A DNA stretch of 64,000 bases from NCBI GenBank assembly GCA_013239625.1, contig MU056050.1:6023366-6087365 (forward strand), in the 5' to 3' direction. Positions 37,466 through 51,300 of the stretch are shown here, one piece after another. The first letter of the stretch is position 1, and each line of letters begins with the position of its first letter. The notes under the pieces are model-generated. The model made no database searches. It worked only from the letters and a program-made list of their open reading frames with translations, and was not told the origin of the DNA. The DNA is from Lama guanicoe. Taxonomy: Eukaryota. The translations under genes were made by a program, and so were the position numbers.

Positions 37466-38142
37466 AATATGCAAAGAATATACTTGGGAGGTCACGTAAG
37501 AAGTTTTATCTGGCTAAAGGATAGAATGAAAGATTTACGTTTATACCTTTTGAATATTGTATCAAAAGCTTACATAATACCTGTCTTTTTAATTAAATGA
37601 TTCTATGTCTAAATGATTTCATTTCCCCAGCATCTTAGATTGGCCTCATCTCCTCCACCTATACTCTTCTTTGGCCCATAATTTCCACTTCCCATGCCTT
37701 TCACTATAGCTTTTTACTAATTTTAATATCCCTTTCCTTTCCATCACCTCCGTCTCCTCATTTGTCTGAAACTTCCTACACTCATTCATGATTTCACTAC
37801 CTTTCTGCTGCTGACTCCCCAGGGCACTTTTTACCAAAATGCCAGCATCACAAGCTCAGCATTTCAAATCTACATACCTTGTCACCTCAGACTCAGTGAG
37901 CGTGTCATCCCTCTCTCATCTGAACCTCCCTACTTTTTAATCTCCTAAGCTAGAAACTGGGTTCTTTGCTTTGACCTTTCCCTCTACTTCATCCCCTAGA
38001 CCCACTAAATGCATCAATTTATCATTTCACTTATCTCTTCCTCACATTTGCTGTTGCAGGCATATTGCCCTAGGCCAGTGTTAATAACATGCATACTTAT
38101 TACCTGGAGAGCTTGTTAAAATTCAGATACTGAATCAGTAGG

Positions 38143-38698
38143 TATGATTGCCAGCCTAGAAGATGGCCTCTAATGATCCCCATCTCCCAGTATTCACCTC
38201 CTGTGTCGTCTCCTCCTCTATGGTATCAGGGCTGGGCTGCATGACCAAAAAATAGGACAGAAGTAATGGGATATCCTATCTCAGATTAGATAATAAGACA
38301 ATGTGGCTTTTGTCTTGGTTGTTGTCTCTCTCCCTCTCTCTCTTAGATCACTCACTCTGGGGAAAGCCAGCTACCATGTCGAGAAGTCACTTAGGCAGCC
38401 TCTGGAGAGGCCAACATAGCAACTAATTAAGATGTCCAGCCAACAGCTAGTGAAAACTAAAGCCTGCCAAGGGCCACACCAGTGAGCCTGGAAGCAGGCC
38501 CACCAGCTCCAGTCAAATCTTCAGCTGACTACAGTTCCAGCCAAATCTTGACTATAACCTTATGAGAGACCCTGAGCTAGAACCATCTGGCTAAGCCGCT
38601 CCTAGATTCTTGACCACAAAAATGTGAGATAAATGTTTGTTGTTTTAAACTGCCAAGATTTGAAGTCATTTGTTATGGAGCAGTAGATAACTTACACA
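38143..38698 (+). mobile_element. MaLR solo LTR (MLT1E/F-like) inserted in a MER5A-like MITE
   Basis: 5-bp TSD gtagg (38138-38142, 38699-38703); ends tttgttatggagcagtagataacttacaca; MER5A-like halves at about 38085-38142 and 38699-38780. Confidence 0.85.
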
Positions 38699-38919
38699 GT
38701 AGGTCTGGTGGAAGGCCTGAAAAATTCTGCATTTCTAACAGACACAAATGTTGATGCTGCTGGACCGTGCTTGAGTAGCAGGCCACATACCATTGCAACA
38801 GCTTGTCACCTAGTCCCTACCTCAATTATCTCTCTGCTCCAATCCCATTACATCCCTGTTTCCCAATGCCAGACGTTTCTCTATTACCTACCATATAAAG
38901 TCAACATCCTCAGCCTATT

Positions 38920-39745
38920 ATCAAAATGACAAACGATAACAAGTGTTGGCAAGAATGAAGCTTTGTGCACTGTTGGGAATGGAAATTGGTGCAGCCACTA
39001 TGGAAACAGTATGGAGGCTCCTCAAAAAATTAAAAATAGGACTACTATCTGATCTAGCAATTCCACTCTTAAATATATACCCAAAGGAATTGAAATCAGT
39101 ATCTCCAAGGGATATCTACACCCCCATGTTCATTGCAGCATCATTCACAATAGCCAAGATAAGGAAACAACCTTCATCAGATGAATGGATAAACAAAATG
39201 TCATATTTTCATTTATCTATTTATTGGACATTAATCAAAATGGAATATTATTCAACCATAAGAAGGAAATCCTGCCATTTTCAACAACATGGATGAATCT
39301 GGAGGGCATTATGCTAAGTGAAATAAGCCAAAGAAAGACAAATACTATATGGTGACACTTACATATGGAATCTAAAACAAAGAAATCTGATTTCATAGAA
39401 ACAGAGAATAGAATGGTGATTGCCAGGGCCTGGAGGGAGGGGAAAACAGGGTAATACAAGTCGAATTGCATAAGAAGAATATGTTTTAAGGATCTAACAT
39501 AGAGAATGGTGACTGTAGTTAATAATAGAGTATTGTATACTTGAAAGATGCTGAGAGTAGATCTTAAGCATTCTCACCACTAAAAAAAAAGTTAACTGCG
39601 TTAACTATGCAAAATGAAGGGATGTGTTAATTATCTTGATCTTGGTAATCACTCTACAATGCCTATATGTAGCAGATCATCACATTGTACATTTAAATAT
39701 ATACAATTATATTTGTTAATTATTCTTAAATGAAGTTTAAAAAGA
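38920..39745 (+). mobile_element. L1MA/MB-like 3' end (ORF2 C-terminus and 3' UTR)
   Basis: Translation ...TMETVWRLLKKLKI...PMFIAASFTIAK... is L1 ORF2 C-terminal sequence. Confidence 0.9.
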
Positions 39746-40809
39746 AGTCCTCAGCTTGCCTTTCAAGATCCCTTAGAAGCTGGCTCTATTTAAGCTTTAG
39801 AGTCATTTTTCCCACTGCTCTCCACCAGGCACTTTCTCCTCAGATGGTCTTCTGCATACATCGCATTTATTCCTGTTCCTAAGCTTTCTATTAGCAGGAT
39901 TTCCCCTTCCTCCCTACTGCCACCAACATATGTATAACTCAAATGCCTTCCATCCTCCCCTGCTATCCAAACTCAACCTTCAAGGCCTAGCTCGGGTCTC
40001 ATTTCCCCCACAAAACTTCATTTTTTTCCCCACTTCATTTTTATCTAGTAGTTTAAGGAACTATTATTTATAGTGTTATTTAACTATTTATTACATAAAT
40101 AAAGAATCTCAACTTCTAAGCTAGAGTTTCCGTAACTTGAGGTCAGGAATAGAATCTCGTTAAGTTTTAATAGCTCCAGGGTACCTGGCATTGGTCTGGA
40201 CACAGACAAAGTAAGTAGACGTCAGTGGACTGACTCTGCCTGTCACGTTTAATGTGGCTTCATGCCAGCGAACACTGCCAGCATGTTCTCCCGGCTTTTA
40301 GAGCAACAGAGAGAATCTCCGCAAAATCCACCCCTCCTCTTCCCTACCTCCTTCCTCTCTGCTAAATTATTGTCTCATTTATTTGTTCCACATCACCGGC
40401 AGGTAAGAAGGTACCATATTGAGAGAACAACTTTTATTATGGGCAGCAATGAAAGAAGAACTAATGTCACAGTTAATCCAAAAGCCATTTCATTTTGGAT
40501 TTGAAATCCCTTCTATGATCAGGAAGGCAGATGTGCTGTGAACTCATTAGGGTTTCCCTGAATAGCGTTGAAATCATCTACAAGAACACAATGAGACAGG
40601 AGCCAAGGGAGACCTGAGAACACAGTGGCTGGTGAAGAAAGACAGCTGAGAAAGAGAAATAATCTGGAGATCACCCACAACAAAGGTAATGAAAATACCA
40701 AGTAAAACAGAGGTGGAGACAGAGGGAAGAATGGAGAGAGAGAGGACCCTGAGGCCTTGCATATTTCACACACAAGATCGTAAAGACCATTTTGCAAAAG
40801 GATATTATC

Positions 40810-41050
40810 CACTGTTTTTTGAGTGTCTACTGTCAGCCATTGTGCTAAACTCTGCACAAATCAACTGATGTTAACCCATACAACAATCCTTGTGAGAGAT
40901 GCTCCTGTGGGGAGTCCCATTGCCCTGATGAGGAAGTTGAAGCTCAGAAAAGTTAAGGGATTTCTCCAAGATTGCACAGCTAAGAGTTATTTGAGCTGGG
41001 ATTGAAACCCAGAACTATCAGAAGCCAAAAGCTGTAGTCTCAGTCTCTAC
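40810..41050 (-). mobile_element. MIR SINE
   Basis: gatgaggaagttgaagctcagaaaagttaag ... gagctgggattgaaaccca. Confidence 0.75.
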
Positions 41051-41798
41051 ACTCTAGATCCAGCCCTTATCCTCATTTTAGTAGACCTTGCGTGGAAAGG
41101 GCTATAGCAGATTCTGGAAATTTGGAAAGCAGGAAAAGATTTCTCTTTGGTGCTCATCCACACCCAGATACCTGGTAACCTTCTGCCCCATGACTTCCCT
41201 CTGGCTACCCAGAGCACCTTATCAGGCTGGGAAGAAATCCCAGCCTTATTCTTCCAACAAGCACAAGTACTCTATATTTCAGGTGCTTAATTCCACAGCC
41301 TGCGGGCTGGCAATGAATGTAATGAAATAATCAAATCCTGTTACCAGGTAACTAATGGGTTGCCCCTCCCAGGTAATATAAAGCATTAGCTCCATTAAAA
41401 GAGAAAACCCCTAAAGAGGCAATCTAATGACAGGGATTTGGACACTTTGGCAGGTCCACAGGGAGGAAGTTTTGGAGCCAAAAGATCTTTTCCTGCCCCC
41501 CATCATGTCTATTCTTCTTTCTGAGTCTGACGTGTGCCTTAAACACATCATTGCTTGCACATATTCAACAATCAGCAGTAGAACAAAACATGTCTTCTTT
41601 AAAAAAAAAATCTAATGCAGTTTCCAGTTCTCAATTAAAAGAAACATCTCTCCATCCATCTATTTATTCCTGCCAAGCGTTTGTGTTTTGAAGCTGGAAG
41701 TTTCATTATCTGAAATTTGCAGGCAATTACTAGGTCTAGTAACTCCCAAGATGTGAGCATTTTTCCAACAGTCTAAAGTGAAAAGTGGTTTTCAGTAA

Positions 41799-41830
41799 GT
41801 GTGTGTGTGTGTGTGTGTGTGCGCGCACGC
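41799..41830. repeat. (GT)n microsatellite with GC extension
   Basis: gtgtgtgtgtgtgtgtgtgtgtgcgcgcacgc. Confidence 0.9.
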
Positions 41831-42925
41831 TTTAAGGAGTCTGCTTAGAAAAGAAAGGTGTGATGAAGGCAGGTGGGGGAAGCGGCAGTGGGAATCATAC
41901 AGGGCCATTTATTTGTCTTATTTGACATTGGGAGCTCCAGAAGTATTAATAAGCAGCCCTCCATGTCCCAGGGGAAGCTTTGGGATTTACAGCTTTAAAC
42001 AACCACTCATCCTCATTTTGGCACAAAGTCAAACCAAAATTTGCCGTAGTTTATAATGCTTGTTAACGAAGAACATCAAAAATTAATGCTCATTAGGGTG
42101 CTCATTAATATGCACGGTGCTCGCCAGTTTGACTTAATTAAGTGAAGCACCACTTGAAGATAATATTGTGGTCCAGCAGAGAGAGGAGGCTGTTCAGGTC
42201 TGAAGGCGGTTCCCCTGGGACAGCATTAGCAGCAGTGCAGGGCGGGGCGCCTGCCAGCCTCTTCCTGCAACTCTTCCTGTGAGAAAATAGGAAGCTCTCA
42301 GAGAGCAAGTGGCTGTAACCCCTGCTGGGATGTCTGATTCCACACTCCAGTTCTCCTGTTCCATGACGTTATTTGGTGAGATGAATTGAATTGAGATCAG
42401 TGGTACAATCAGATCTTGGCCAAGAAAAAGACCCCTAAAGAGAGAAGGAAGCTCAAGGATTTGGGGCACAGGAGGGATGAAGAATTATTATTACAGAATT
42501 GTTATTATAGAAAATGAGCAACAACAAAAAATAAGAGATCCCAAAGTGAAATAAAAAGTAGTGAGCAAGGGAGAAACAAGAATAAGACAGATCTTCAGAT
42601 ACTGTCATATTGCAAAGCAGAGGACACACAGGTGGGGCATTACTGTTTGTGTGAAGATTCATTTTTTTTTTTGGCAATTTGAGGTTTCTGAGTCTGTTCT
42701 TTAAATGTTCAGGGGCATTTCAAAATCATTAATTCCACTGGGACGCTATAGATAAAAACTAATACTTGAGCTCTGGAACATGTAGCCTGTGCTTTTTCAG
42801 AGAATCTTGAACTTGAAACAAAGGTAGGATGCAATGAAGCAAATGAGAGTGAGACCAGGGAATTTGGATCCCAGCTCTACTACTTAGTGTGTAAATTAGT
42901 GACCTTGGAGAAGCCACTTCATCTT

Positions 42926-43500
42926 TTTTTCTTTTTCTTATTGAAGTATAGTCAGTTTACAGTGTTGTGTCAATTTCTGGTGTACAGCACAGTGATTCAG
43001 TTACATATATATATATTCCTTGTCATATTCTTTTTCATTATAGTTTACTATAGGATATTGAATATAGTTCCCTGTGCTATACAATAGAAACTTGTTGTTT
43101 ATCTACTTTATATATAGAAGTTAGGATCTGTAAATCTCGAACTCCCAATTTACCCCTTCTCACTCCCCTTTCCCTCCTGGTAACCATAAGTTTGTTTTCT
43201 ATGTCTGTGAGCCTATTTCTGTTTTGTGAATAAGTCCATTCATGGATTATTTTTTTTTTTAGATTCCACATATAAGTGATACGTGGTATTTTTCTTTCCC
43301 TTCTGGCTTACTTTGCTTAGAATGATGATCTCCAGGTCCATCCATGTTGCTGCAAATGGCATTATTTTATTCTTTTTAATGGCTGAGTAGTATTCCATTG
43401 TATAAATATACCACAGCTTCTTTATCCAGTCATCTGTTGGTGGACATTTAGGTTGCTTCCATGTCTTGGCTATTGTAAATAGTGCTGCTGTGAACATTGG
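42926..43500 (-). mobile_element. Young 5'-truncated L1 inserted into a MIR
   Basis: 19-bp TSD ggagaagccacttcatctt (42907-42925, 43501-43519); poly(T); ORF2 C-terminus MFTAALFTIAKTWKQPKCP...; MIR halves on both sides. Confidence 0.95.
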
Positions 43501-46449
43501 GGAGAAGCCACTTCATCTTGTTAAGCCTCCATTTCCTCATCTGTAAATTATGAGCATGAATTGTGTGAAACTGCCACTTCATTTTTGAAGGTTCAAATGT
43601 TCAAATATCAGCAAATTTCATATGGTTCAACATAATAAGATTAAAGAGAAAAATATATTTTAAAACAATTTTAAACTGTAAAATGCCACAGATCATTGAT
43701 GATCAGTCATAACTGTTGCTACTGCAAAAATATGCATATGTATTACATTATGCTCCACTAATAAAAGCAGCCAGATCAGCTCAAACCTCTTCCCCAAATT
43801 TTGCTAAAGGCCTTCCTGACTTAAGATTCAAGGTAGCCACAGCCCAGGTCTAGCACTGTGAACCAATATTATTGACAATGTTTAAGATCATTTTAAAATG
43901 TCCTGCCTCACTGAGATAGATTTTTAACAGAAGGGGATTGAAGTAACTTCCCAGTGGGCCCCTGTGTGTGTCTGTGTATGTGTACATGTACACACACACA
44001 CGGGTGCACACACACCCCGTAACCATCCTCCTCTCTCTCCTCAAATTGACCCAAAGCTGTGTTAGAAAAAGAAAGTACAGAGTTGTACAACAGAAGTACC
44101 CCTCATGGCATCCCTTCCAAGTTTCAATTACAGCAAGTCCAAGTACTGCATAGGAGAGAAGGCAGGCCGGCAAAGGAAGGCATTTCCGTAGCAATTAGGC
44201 AGGTTCTAGAAGTCACAGCCCACAATGGGTCAGGGTCAAGCAGACCACATAAACTAGAGTCAGGGCAAAAGGGAACAGGGAAGGTGAGGGCAAGTAGTCG
44301 GCCAGAAGCCTGATAAACAAACCATAACCAAGAGGCTACAGATGCTGGAAGCAGAATAAGACACAAACTGGGAGCTCTGTAAAAAGCAGAAATTCGAAGA
44401 AAGCCAAGTAGCCAAATGTCCATAAACTGAGAGATGTAATATGGGACTAAAGTACAATTCAAACAAACTAGAAATGTCAGTTGGGGGAGGGTCTAATTGA
44501 ATGGGGCAAAACGTTGCCCCGTCTCTCGCATCTCCACCTCAGGAGATTGGGGTGCGGCCCGTGGAGGCCGGGATCACTCCTGGCATGGCCACACTGGGGC
44601 TCACAGGGAGAAATGGTTAGACTAGGGCTGGGGCGAAGGCAGAGAGGGTTACACAGAAGACCATGTCTGATAAAGGGAAGGGGGTTATTGGTGGGAAAGA
44701 GGGCTCTCTCTGCAGCAAAAGGAAAGCGTCTAGCGTTAGGGGAAGTACACAGAAAGCCCGCACGTGCGCGCGCGCGCACGCACACACGCTTCTGCCAATC
44801 AAGCGGTGAAGACTGGGAATCTCTCTGGGGGGCAGAATATGATATTGTATTAGAATGACTTACCGTTCAATCCAGATAACAGGCGAATGGCATACTGAAC
44901 TGGGCACACATCTCTCAGAGAGAGAACGTGGCCTCCTTTGATAGGTGCATTGTATTGTGTCTGGCCAGCAGGCAATCAGGCCTTTTTCTTCCTTCCTAGG
45001 TCTGAACTTCCTTCTCAAATGAACTGACGGTAGGGAATTTCAGTAATGGCTTGACACCCTGCTTTAGCCCTTTCCTTCTCCAAAACTCTTCCCTCTTTGG
45101 GCTCTTTGTTCAGAGACATATTAGTCTGAATTTACATTTGTTGGATTGCATTGTTTCTTCATTCGCCGTAGCATTCTCCAAACTTGGGATTTTTGTTCAC
45201 TGCATCGCCTTCCAGCTCATTAATGTAAATAATAAAGAACCTGCTTTTCGATGCCGTTCCCTTTCAGAGCCATATTAATAATTCATTTCCAGCTTGACAA
45301 AGTCCTTTCGGCAGCTGCTTTGTTCAAGGCTTTTCTCCTCCCGGCGGCAATAGGTCAATTGTCTTACGGTGAAACTGAACTGGAAGGCCAGAGAAGGGCA
45401 TTTGTATTCACACGTGTGGCCTTGGGGGATTACTGGTGTAGGGGGGAAAATGCACCAAGTCCACTTCTAAGGCTGTCTTTGGAGACTCAGCCTCTTCTTC
45501 CCGTGTTCTTCTAATTCTGTTCTTTTTAGCATTAATTATGAAGACAGTGAGCTTCATGCCAAGATGAGGGAGCTAAATTCCCAATTATGCATAGGGAACG
45601 AAAAGTCTGTTTGTCAGTCAAGACACCTTTTCTTTCTCGTGGAGCAGAGAATGAAAGAGTCCAGCGAGGTCAGCTCAGACTGCCTGGGGCATGTCATGGT
45701 GGCTTACGTAGCATCCTGTGCACAGTAGGTGCTTAGATTTCTGCAGATTGACTTGTTGTAGTATCTAGCTGGGGAAAATGTTCCAGGGACAAGGATCAGT
45801 GGAGTAATATTCACAAAATCCTCACCACTCCCCCTTTCCATCAGATTCCTCGGGAATATTTAGTGAAATGTGTAAGTCTAATAGAAAAAATTGAAGTTTG
45901 GAAAAACCATAGGCAGGCGTGTAAAAGAGTCAGTTGTAGACCGCAAATAATGGGTTGTGTGACATCAGGTGAAAACATTCTGGAGAAACAGCAGTGATCC
46001 TTTGCCACGTGATGCCAACGGAGGAGACGGTCACCTATAAAGTACAGTGTGAGGAAGAAGCAGGATGGGGTAAAGCTAACGGGAGCTTTGAGTGATCAGA
46101 GAGCAGCATCCAGTACCAAAGTATCCAGGGAAGAGGAAGTAATCCTGTCGGGGCAGCCTCCTGGAGCTGTCCGGGGAAAGCAAGCTCTGAATACAGAGCA
46201 CGGAGCTGGTTTTAAGATGGTCACCCACGGCTTTCCCATCAGCCGAAGTCATTCTTTTTTCCCTGGGTGAATGGGAGTCCACTTCTGAGTATGTAAAACA
46301 AAATACATAAAATAAAATAACATACCGTAACATAAACTAGGATGAAAACAAGAAATGAGACTGAAAGTGCCAATCACTGGAATGAAATGCGTACAAACTA
46401 GAAGAAACAGGCGGAAGCCCCCTTCTTTGAATGATGCATGTTAGGGAGA

Positions 46450-46670
46450 GTAGGAGCTGGATTTGCAATCCTGGGTCTGCCATTCACTAGCTGTGTGTTC
46501 TTGGGCCTCTGTGTCTCCCTCTCTCTCTCTCTGTTTCCTCATCTCTAAAATGGGGATACTAAAGTTAGTACCCACCTCATAGGGTTGTTAAAAGGAACAA
46601 CTATCTAGAGTTAATATCTATAAGGCCATTAGCATATAGTAAGTGCTCATAAGTGTTTATTAAATAAACT
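46450..46670 (+). mobile_element. MIR SINE
   Basis: ctgccattcactagctgtgtg ... tttcctcatctctaaaatggggat ... cctcatagggttgtt. Confidence 0.85.
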
Positions 46671-47924
46671 TAGTTTATTAAAATTGCTTCAGAAAGCTCT
46701 TAAAGGATGATCCTTAATGATGGGGTTGAAGTTTTTGCAAGAAAAGCATATCTGGGGCACTCCTCACCTCACATGGCATGGATAACCATCTACCACTCAC
46801 AAGGTCTTAAAACCCTTACAAATCTATTCATCCAGGTTGGATGGACTACCCATTCGCTATTCACCCTCAATGAGACTTTGTCATCCAGTGAACACATCCA
46901 GGACACAAGCTAAGAAGCAAAAGCTATGATTTCTCTGCCTCTGCATCTCCAGACCTTTGCCTCCTGTCTGCCTTTGCAAAGTGCTTTCAAGCTGAACACA
47001 AAACAGATTCAGCCCCGTTAACAGCTCTGCAGACAACAGCTGAGGTTCATCGCTTAGCCACCTCCACCCTTCCACTCACCTCTCTGTTTCCTGCTGAATC
47101 AACTCATGCTCCAACCCAGGCGGTTACAGATGTATCGGTAGGTCACTAGCATGGATCAGTATTTCGCAGTCTGTGAGGCTGTGGAGGGAGGGAGGATGCA
47201 AATGAAGGAGACATCAGTCCTCATTTGTATAAAGTGACCAGTCTGACAGGAAACAAAACCCAGATGAAAAGATTTTGCCTCATACATAATAAGGCTCCCA
47301 GTGGGCAGCCTGACACCAGATGGATAGCTGTAAGAAAGCTATTGCTTCATTGTGACCGGAGCAAAGACCAGAGACTGATAAAATTGATGGGATTTTAATT
47401 CTTCTGGTTTGGAGCTAAGTGGAAAAATCTTAGGAGAAGCAGGAGCCTAGTTGAGCACACTGAGAACCAGGGCTTTGAAAGTGTTTTGCTCCCACACCTT
47501 GACAAAGACAGATGACTGGCAGAAACAGGCAGAAAATCGAATGATTCACATTTTGAAGACCCTCATTTGGCAAGCATTTTGAATATAGATATTAGAACCA
47601 GGTTTAACCTGAAACAAAACTGAGACGTTCTTTTCATCATTGTTTCCGTCCCTTTGTCTCTCATATTTCCAGTGCCCTCATATTGACCCCTGGCTTTCTA
47701 AGAGTCCTGTCCCCCCAAATTTGTCACCTCAGAGAAACCTGATTTTTCCCATCACTGACCCGTGTATTGGCAACATATTCCCCTGCTCCTCCCTATTTTG
47801 CTCCCCTCATCTAGCCTATATCCTATTTTTTTGTAATCTGCCTCCTAAAGCATTAGCAATTTAATGAACAAAACTGGGTTAAGGTCTCAAAGGCTGAAAG
47901 TGAATTAGTGTTATCCTATTTGGT

Positions 47925-48350
47925 ATAGCAGGGACTGTTAACTGTCCTCCAAAATCTATTCTCCCATTTTCCCCTGGTAACATGACTAGACTACATTCCC
48001 CAGCCTCCCTTACAATTAGATGTGACCATGTGATTGAATCTGACCAATGATATGCGAGGATCACTTGTAGGCACCACCTCCAGGCCAAAGCTTTTAAGAA
48101 GTGGGTGTGACTCTTCAGGCTCACTCTTCTATTCCACCAGCTGGGTGTAGATGCCAATGATGCTTTCGGGGATTGAGAGGCCAGAAGATGGGGAAAATTC
48201 AAATCTCTAAATGACTGTGGGGAGGAGAATCATTTTGGGGCCTGAAAACTCTCACAGAGTGCAAGCAAGTAATAAACCATTGTGTTGAGACATTACATAT
48301 TTGGTTTTGCTCATTCCACAAACTAGCCTAGCCTGCCCTTACTAAGACAC
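47925..48350 (+). mobile_element. MaLR LTR (old MLT1)
   Basis: ctagactacattcccagcctcccttacaattagatgtgaccatgtgattga ... aataaac ... actaagaca. Confidence 0.7.
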
Positions 48351-51300
48351 CTGGAATATATGCATTTTCACAGGTATCTGCTATACACACAATCCTCTAA
48401 CTCAAAGAGCTGAATCTGTACTAGCAATAGATTTCAGATTATCACTGATGGCGATTTTGGGGATAGAGTTGTTTGCAGTACCATCACATCATCTACAAAG
48501 ACAAGTCAGAGATGGATTCAGCCACAGAATATGATGGGAGAGGAAACTGGACCAAAACAAATACCCATTAACTAAGATAGGTGCTGAGGAAACCTGACCA
48601 GCAATGTACAGACTGGCCTCAGCCAGGACAGTTGGAATTTTCTGAGCCATGTCCACAGCTTCAAACAATGGTCAGAAGGAGGAGATCCAACCCAGCAATA
48701 AGATATTCTAGAAAAGTTCCAACCCAGAAGTCAAGCACAGCGTCTGTCAACATTATGACTAGTCCGTATCTTGCCAGTTGGTAGAATATCAAGGAGTGGG
48801 CTGGGGTGGAGTCTAGAGAGAGATGATTGGCGGGAGGTAGGCAAGGTTCAGGATGGGGACACAGCCCTAGCGGGAGACAAAGCAGAATTACTGGATAAAC
48901 TGTAGAGTGGGAGATGAAAGCAAACATCACCTAGAAGGAGGGATGAGGAGCATTGCAAATGAGGGGTGGAATGAACGCATAAAGCTCACTCCTGGCTCGG
49001 TGTTTCAAGCTCCGTAAAAGAGGTCTGAGGTTGGTGGTGGTATATTTTCTGTCATTTAAAAAAATTGATTTAGGATTAGTTTAGGGAGTGGTCTGGGCTG
49101 TAAATGAGTACCGAGGCACTATGGAAGGCCAAGGCAAGGGGAATGTGAGAGGAACTGAGCATTTAAAGACCCAGGTTTCAGCTAATGTCACTGCTGGCAA
49201 ACAAATCTTCATAGTCATCAGAAAGGCAAGGCTAATGTCCAATCATAGGTGAACAATTACGAATGCATAACATCGTCTTCATGAAATCCGTACCACTCAA
49301 GACCAGAACTATTAGCACATTTAAGCATGCATGACCAGCACCTCTCTTACCGGTGAGTGAGCAAATCCTCTTTGTCCTTGCAAGATTCCACATTAGCCAG
49401 ACTCAGAGAATTATCCAGCTAATCTCAGCCATAGCCAGAGTTGGGACTTCTTCTGTAGAAATTGCTTAAAAAAAATAGGCTTTCGGTCTTACTTTGCAAT
49501 AGTGATAATTTCTGACATTGGATTGTTTGTTGTACATTTATTATCTGTCTCCCTCTGAGCCTTTTCACAGCAGCTGAAGTACTCCCTCTGATGGTCTCTG
49601 GGTTTCACTCACAACTAACAACAGGGCATTGTTCTGTTGGATTTTTCCTCGCAATGCTTCTAAAAACCCCCAAAGCCTGAACCCTGACAGCACTTCGTTC
49701 AAGCTTTGATTTAGCTCTTTTGGTCCCTTTTTTGCAAAGGAATAAAAAAAAGAAACTGATCTGATCTGTATTGGAAGTTGGAAAACACACACGCACAAAT
49801 ATACGAGGTACATATAACATACATAATTTAGCAACTTCACTCTCCTTGATTCTAAAAGACTTTGCTTACAGAACACTTTGCAAAACTCAGATCAATTTTA
49901 AAATGCTGTCTTGCCAACCTGGAATGGGGTAATATCAGTGGTGACTTTCAGAGGAAGGGGAATTGCAGTCTCCAATCACTGTGATCAGGCAGCCGACTGC
50001 ACAGGGGGAGGAGGACAGCAAAAGGCCAGCCTGGCTAGACAAAGCTCCACGGTTCCCACCGTTCGTGTCAGAGGCTGTGAGCACCAGGGAAAGAACCTAC
50101 AGGTATTTCCCCCAGAGCAGCCGGGTTTGTAGAGCCCCTGTGACCCCCTCCACCACCCTTCCCCTCCGATCAGGCCTTACTGTCTTTCCTGTGCTCCATG
50201 CTCTCTTTCTGTGTCACCCCAGCCTGCCGTTACTGTCCTGTCCCTAAGATGAGCCCCATAGCCCCTTCCTACTTTGTTCAATAACCACGCTTCAGGCCAC
50301 CATGAAAGTCAGGAACAGGAACCATGGCCCTCCCTTCTGAACACCACAGCAGTGCTCTGTTTAAAATGCCAGTTTTCCAACACTAGTTTACAAAATAGTG
50401 CTGGAAGTTTGTCATAAAGCCAAATGTATGTAATTAAAATGTCCTTTATTCTGTGATCTATCCTTTCTTTCATTGTAGGGGGAGAGGGGCATTAAAGTGT
50501 CCTTTCTTTCATTTTCATAAATACTATGGTGATAGTAGTTGGTGGTAGAAATTCAGCTTGGTTTTTTTTTTTTTGGCTGTGTGTGTGTGTGTGTTTTTAA
50601 TTTTGCAAAAATAAACTACCTGAGAGAAAGAGATAAGAGACAAAGACATTAACTAGTTGACCAAATTAGCTCCTTTAAACAAACCAGGAATGAGATTAAA
50701 AGCAGGGTAGAAAGTAGGATAGATCTGTTTCAGTGGGAAGAGGAAACATAGATGGCCAAGAAGTGCTGACGCAGCTGAAACAGCACAGGTGGGGAGTTTT
50801 CTGCAAAGTGCGCCCTGAAGGCATCGAAAGGAGAAAGTGGATAGTCACAGAAGAGGACTTGGGCTATACTGAAGACAAACTCTTTTTGATGTTATATTGA
50901 AGCCCGACTATAACCACAGCCCTCTCATTTGCCTGATTACAGTGACTCTCAAAACTGCACACTGGGATACATTGCACTGACATCATTTGGAAATAAGACT
51001 CAAATTTTATTCTGATAACAATTAAATTCCTAATTACCTAGAAGGCAAACACAGTTATGCAAATTATAGATGCAGGCTGACTGATGTTAGAACTCGAATG
51101 GTTATCACTTCAGAACTAGACATTTTGCATCTCCTTTTTTTTTTTAAGGCTGCAGTGAAATTTAGTTTAACTGGACTTGGTGAGTTACCGGACAAACTCC
51201 ATTAATTTTCTGAATATAAAATGTTAGTTTAGCCTATCTGAAAATTGATCTTCTCCCAAGACTATCCCCCTTAATCTTTTTCTCCCTCTACTTCTTCATA

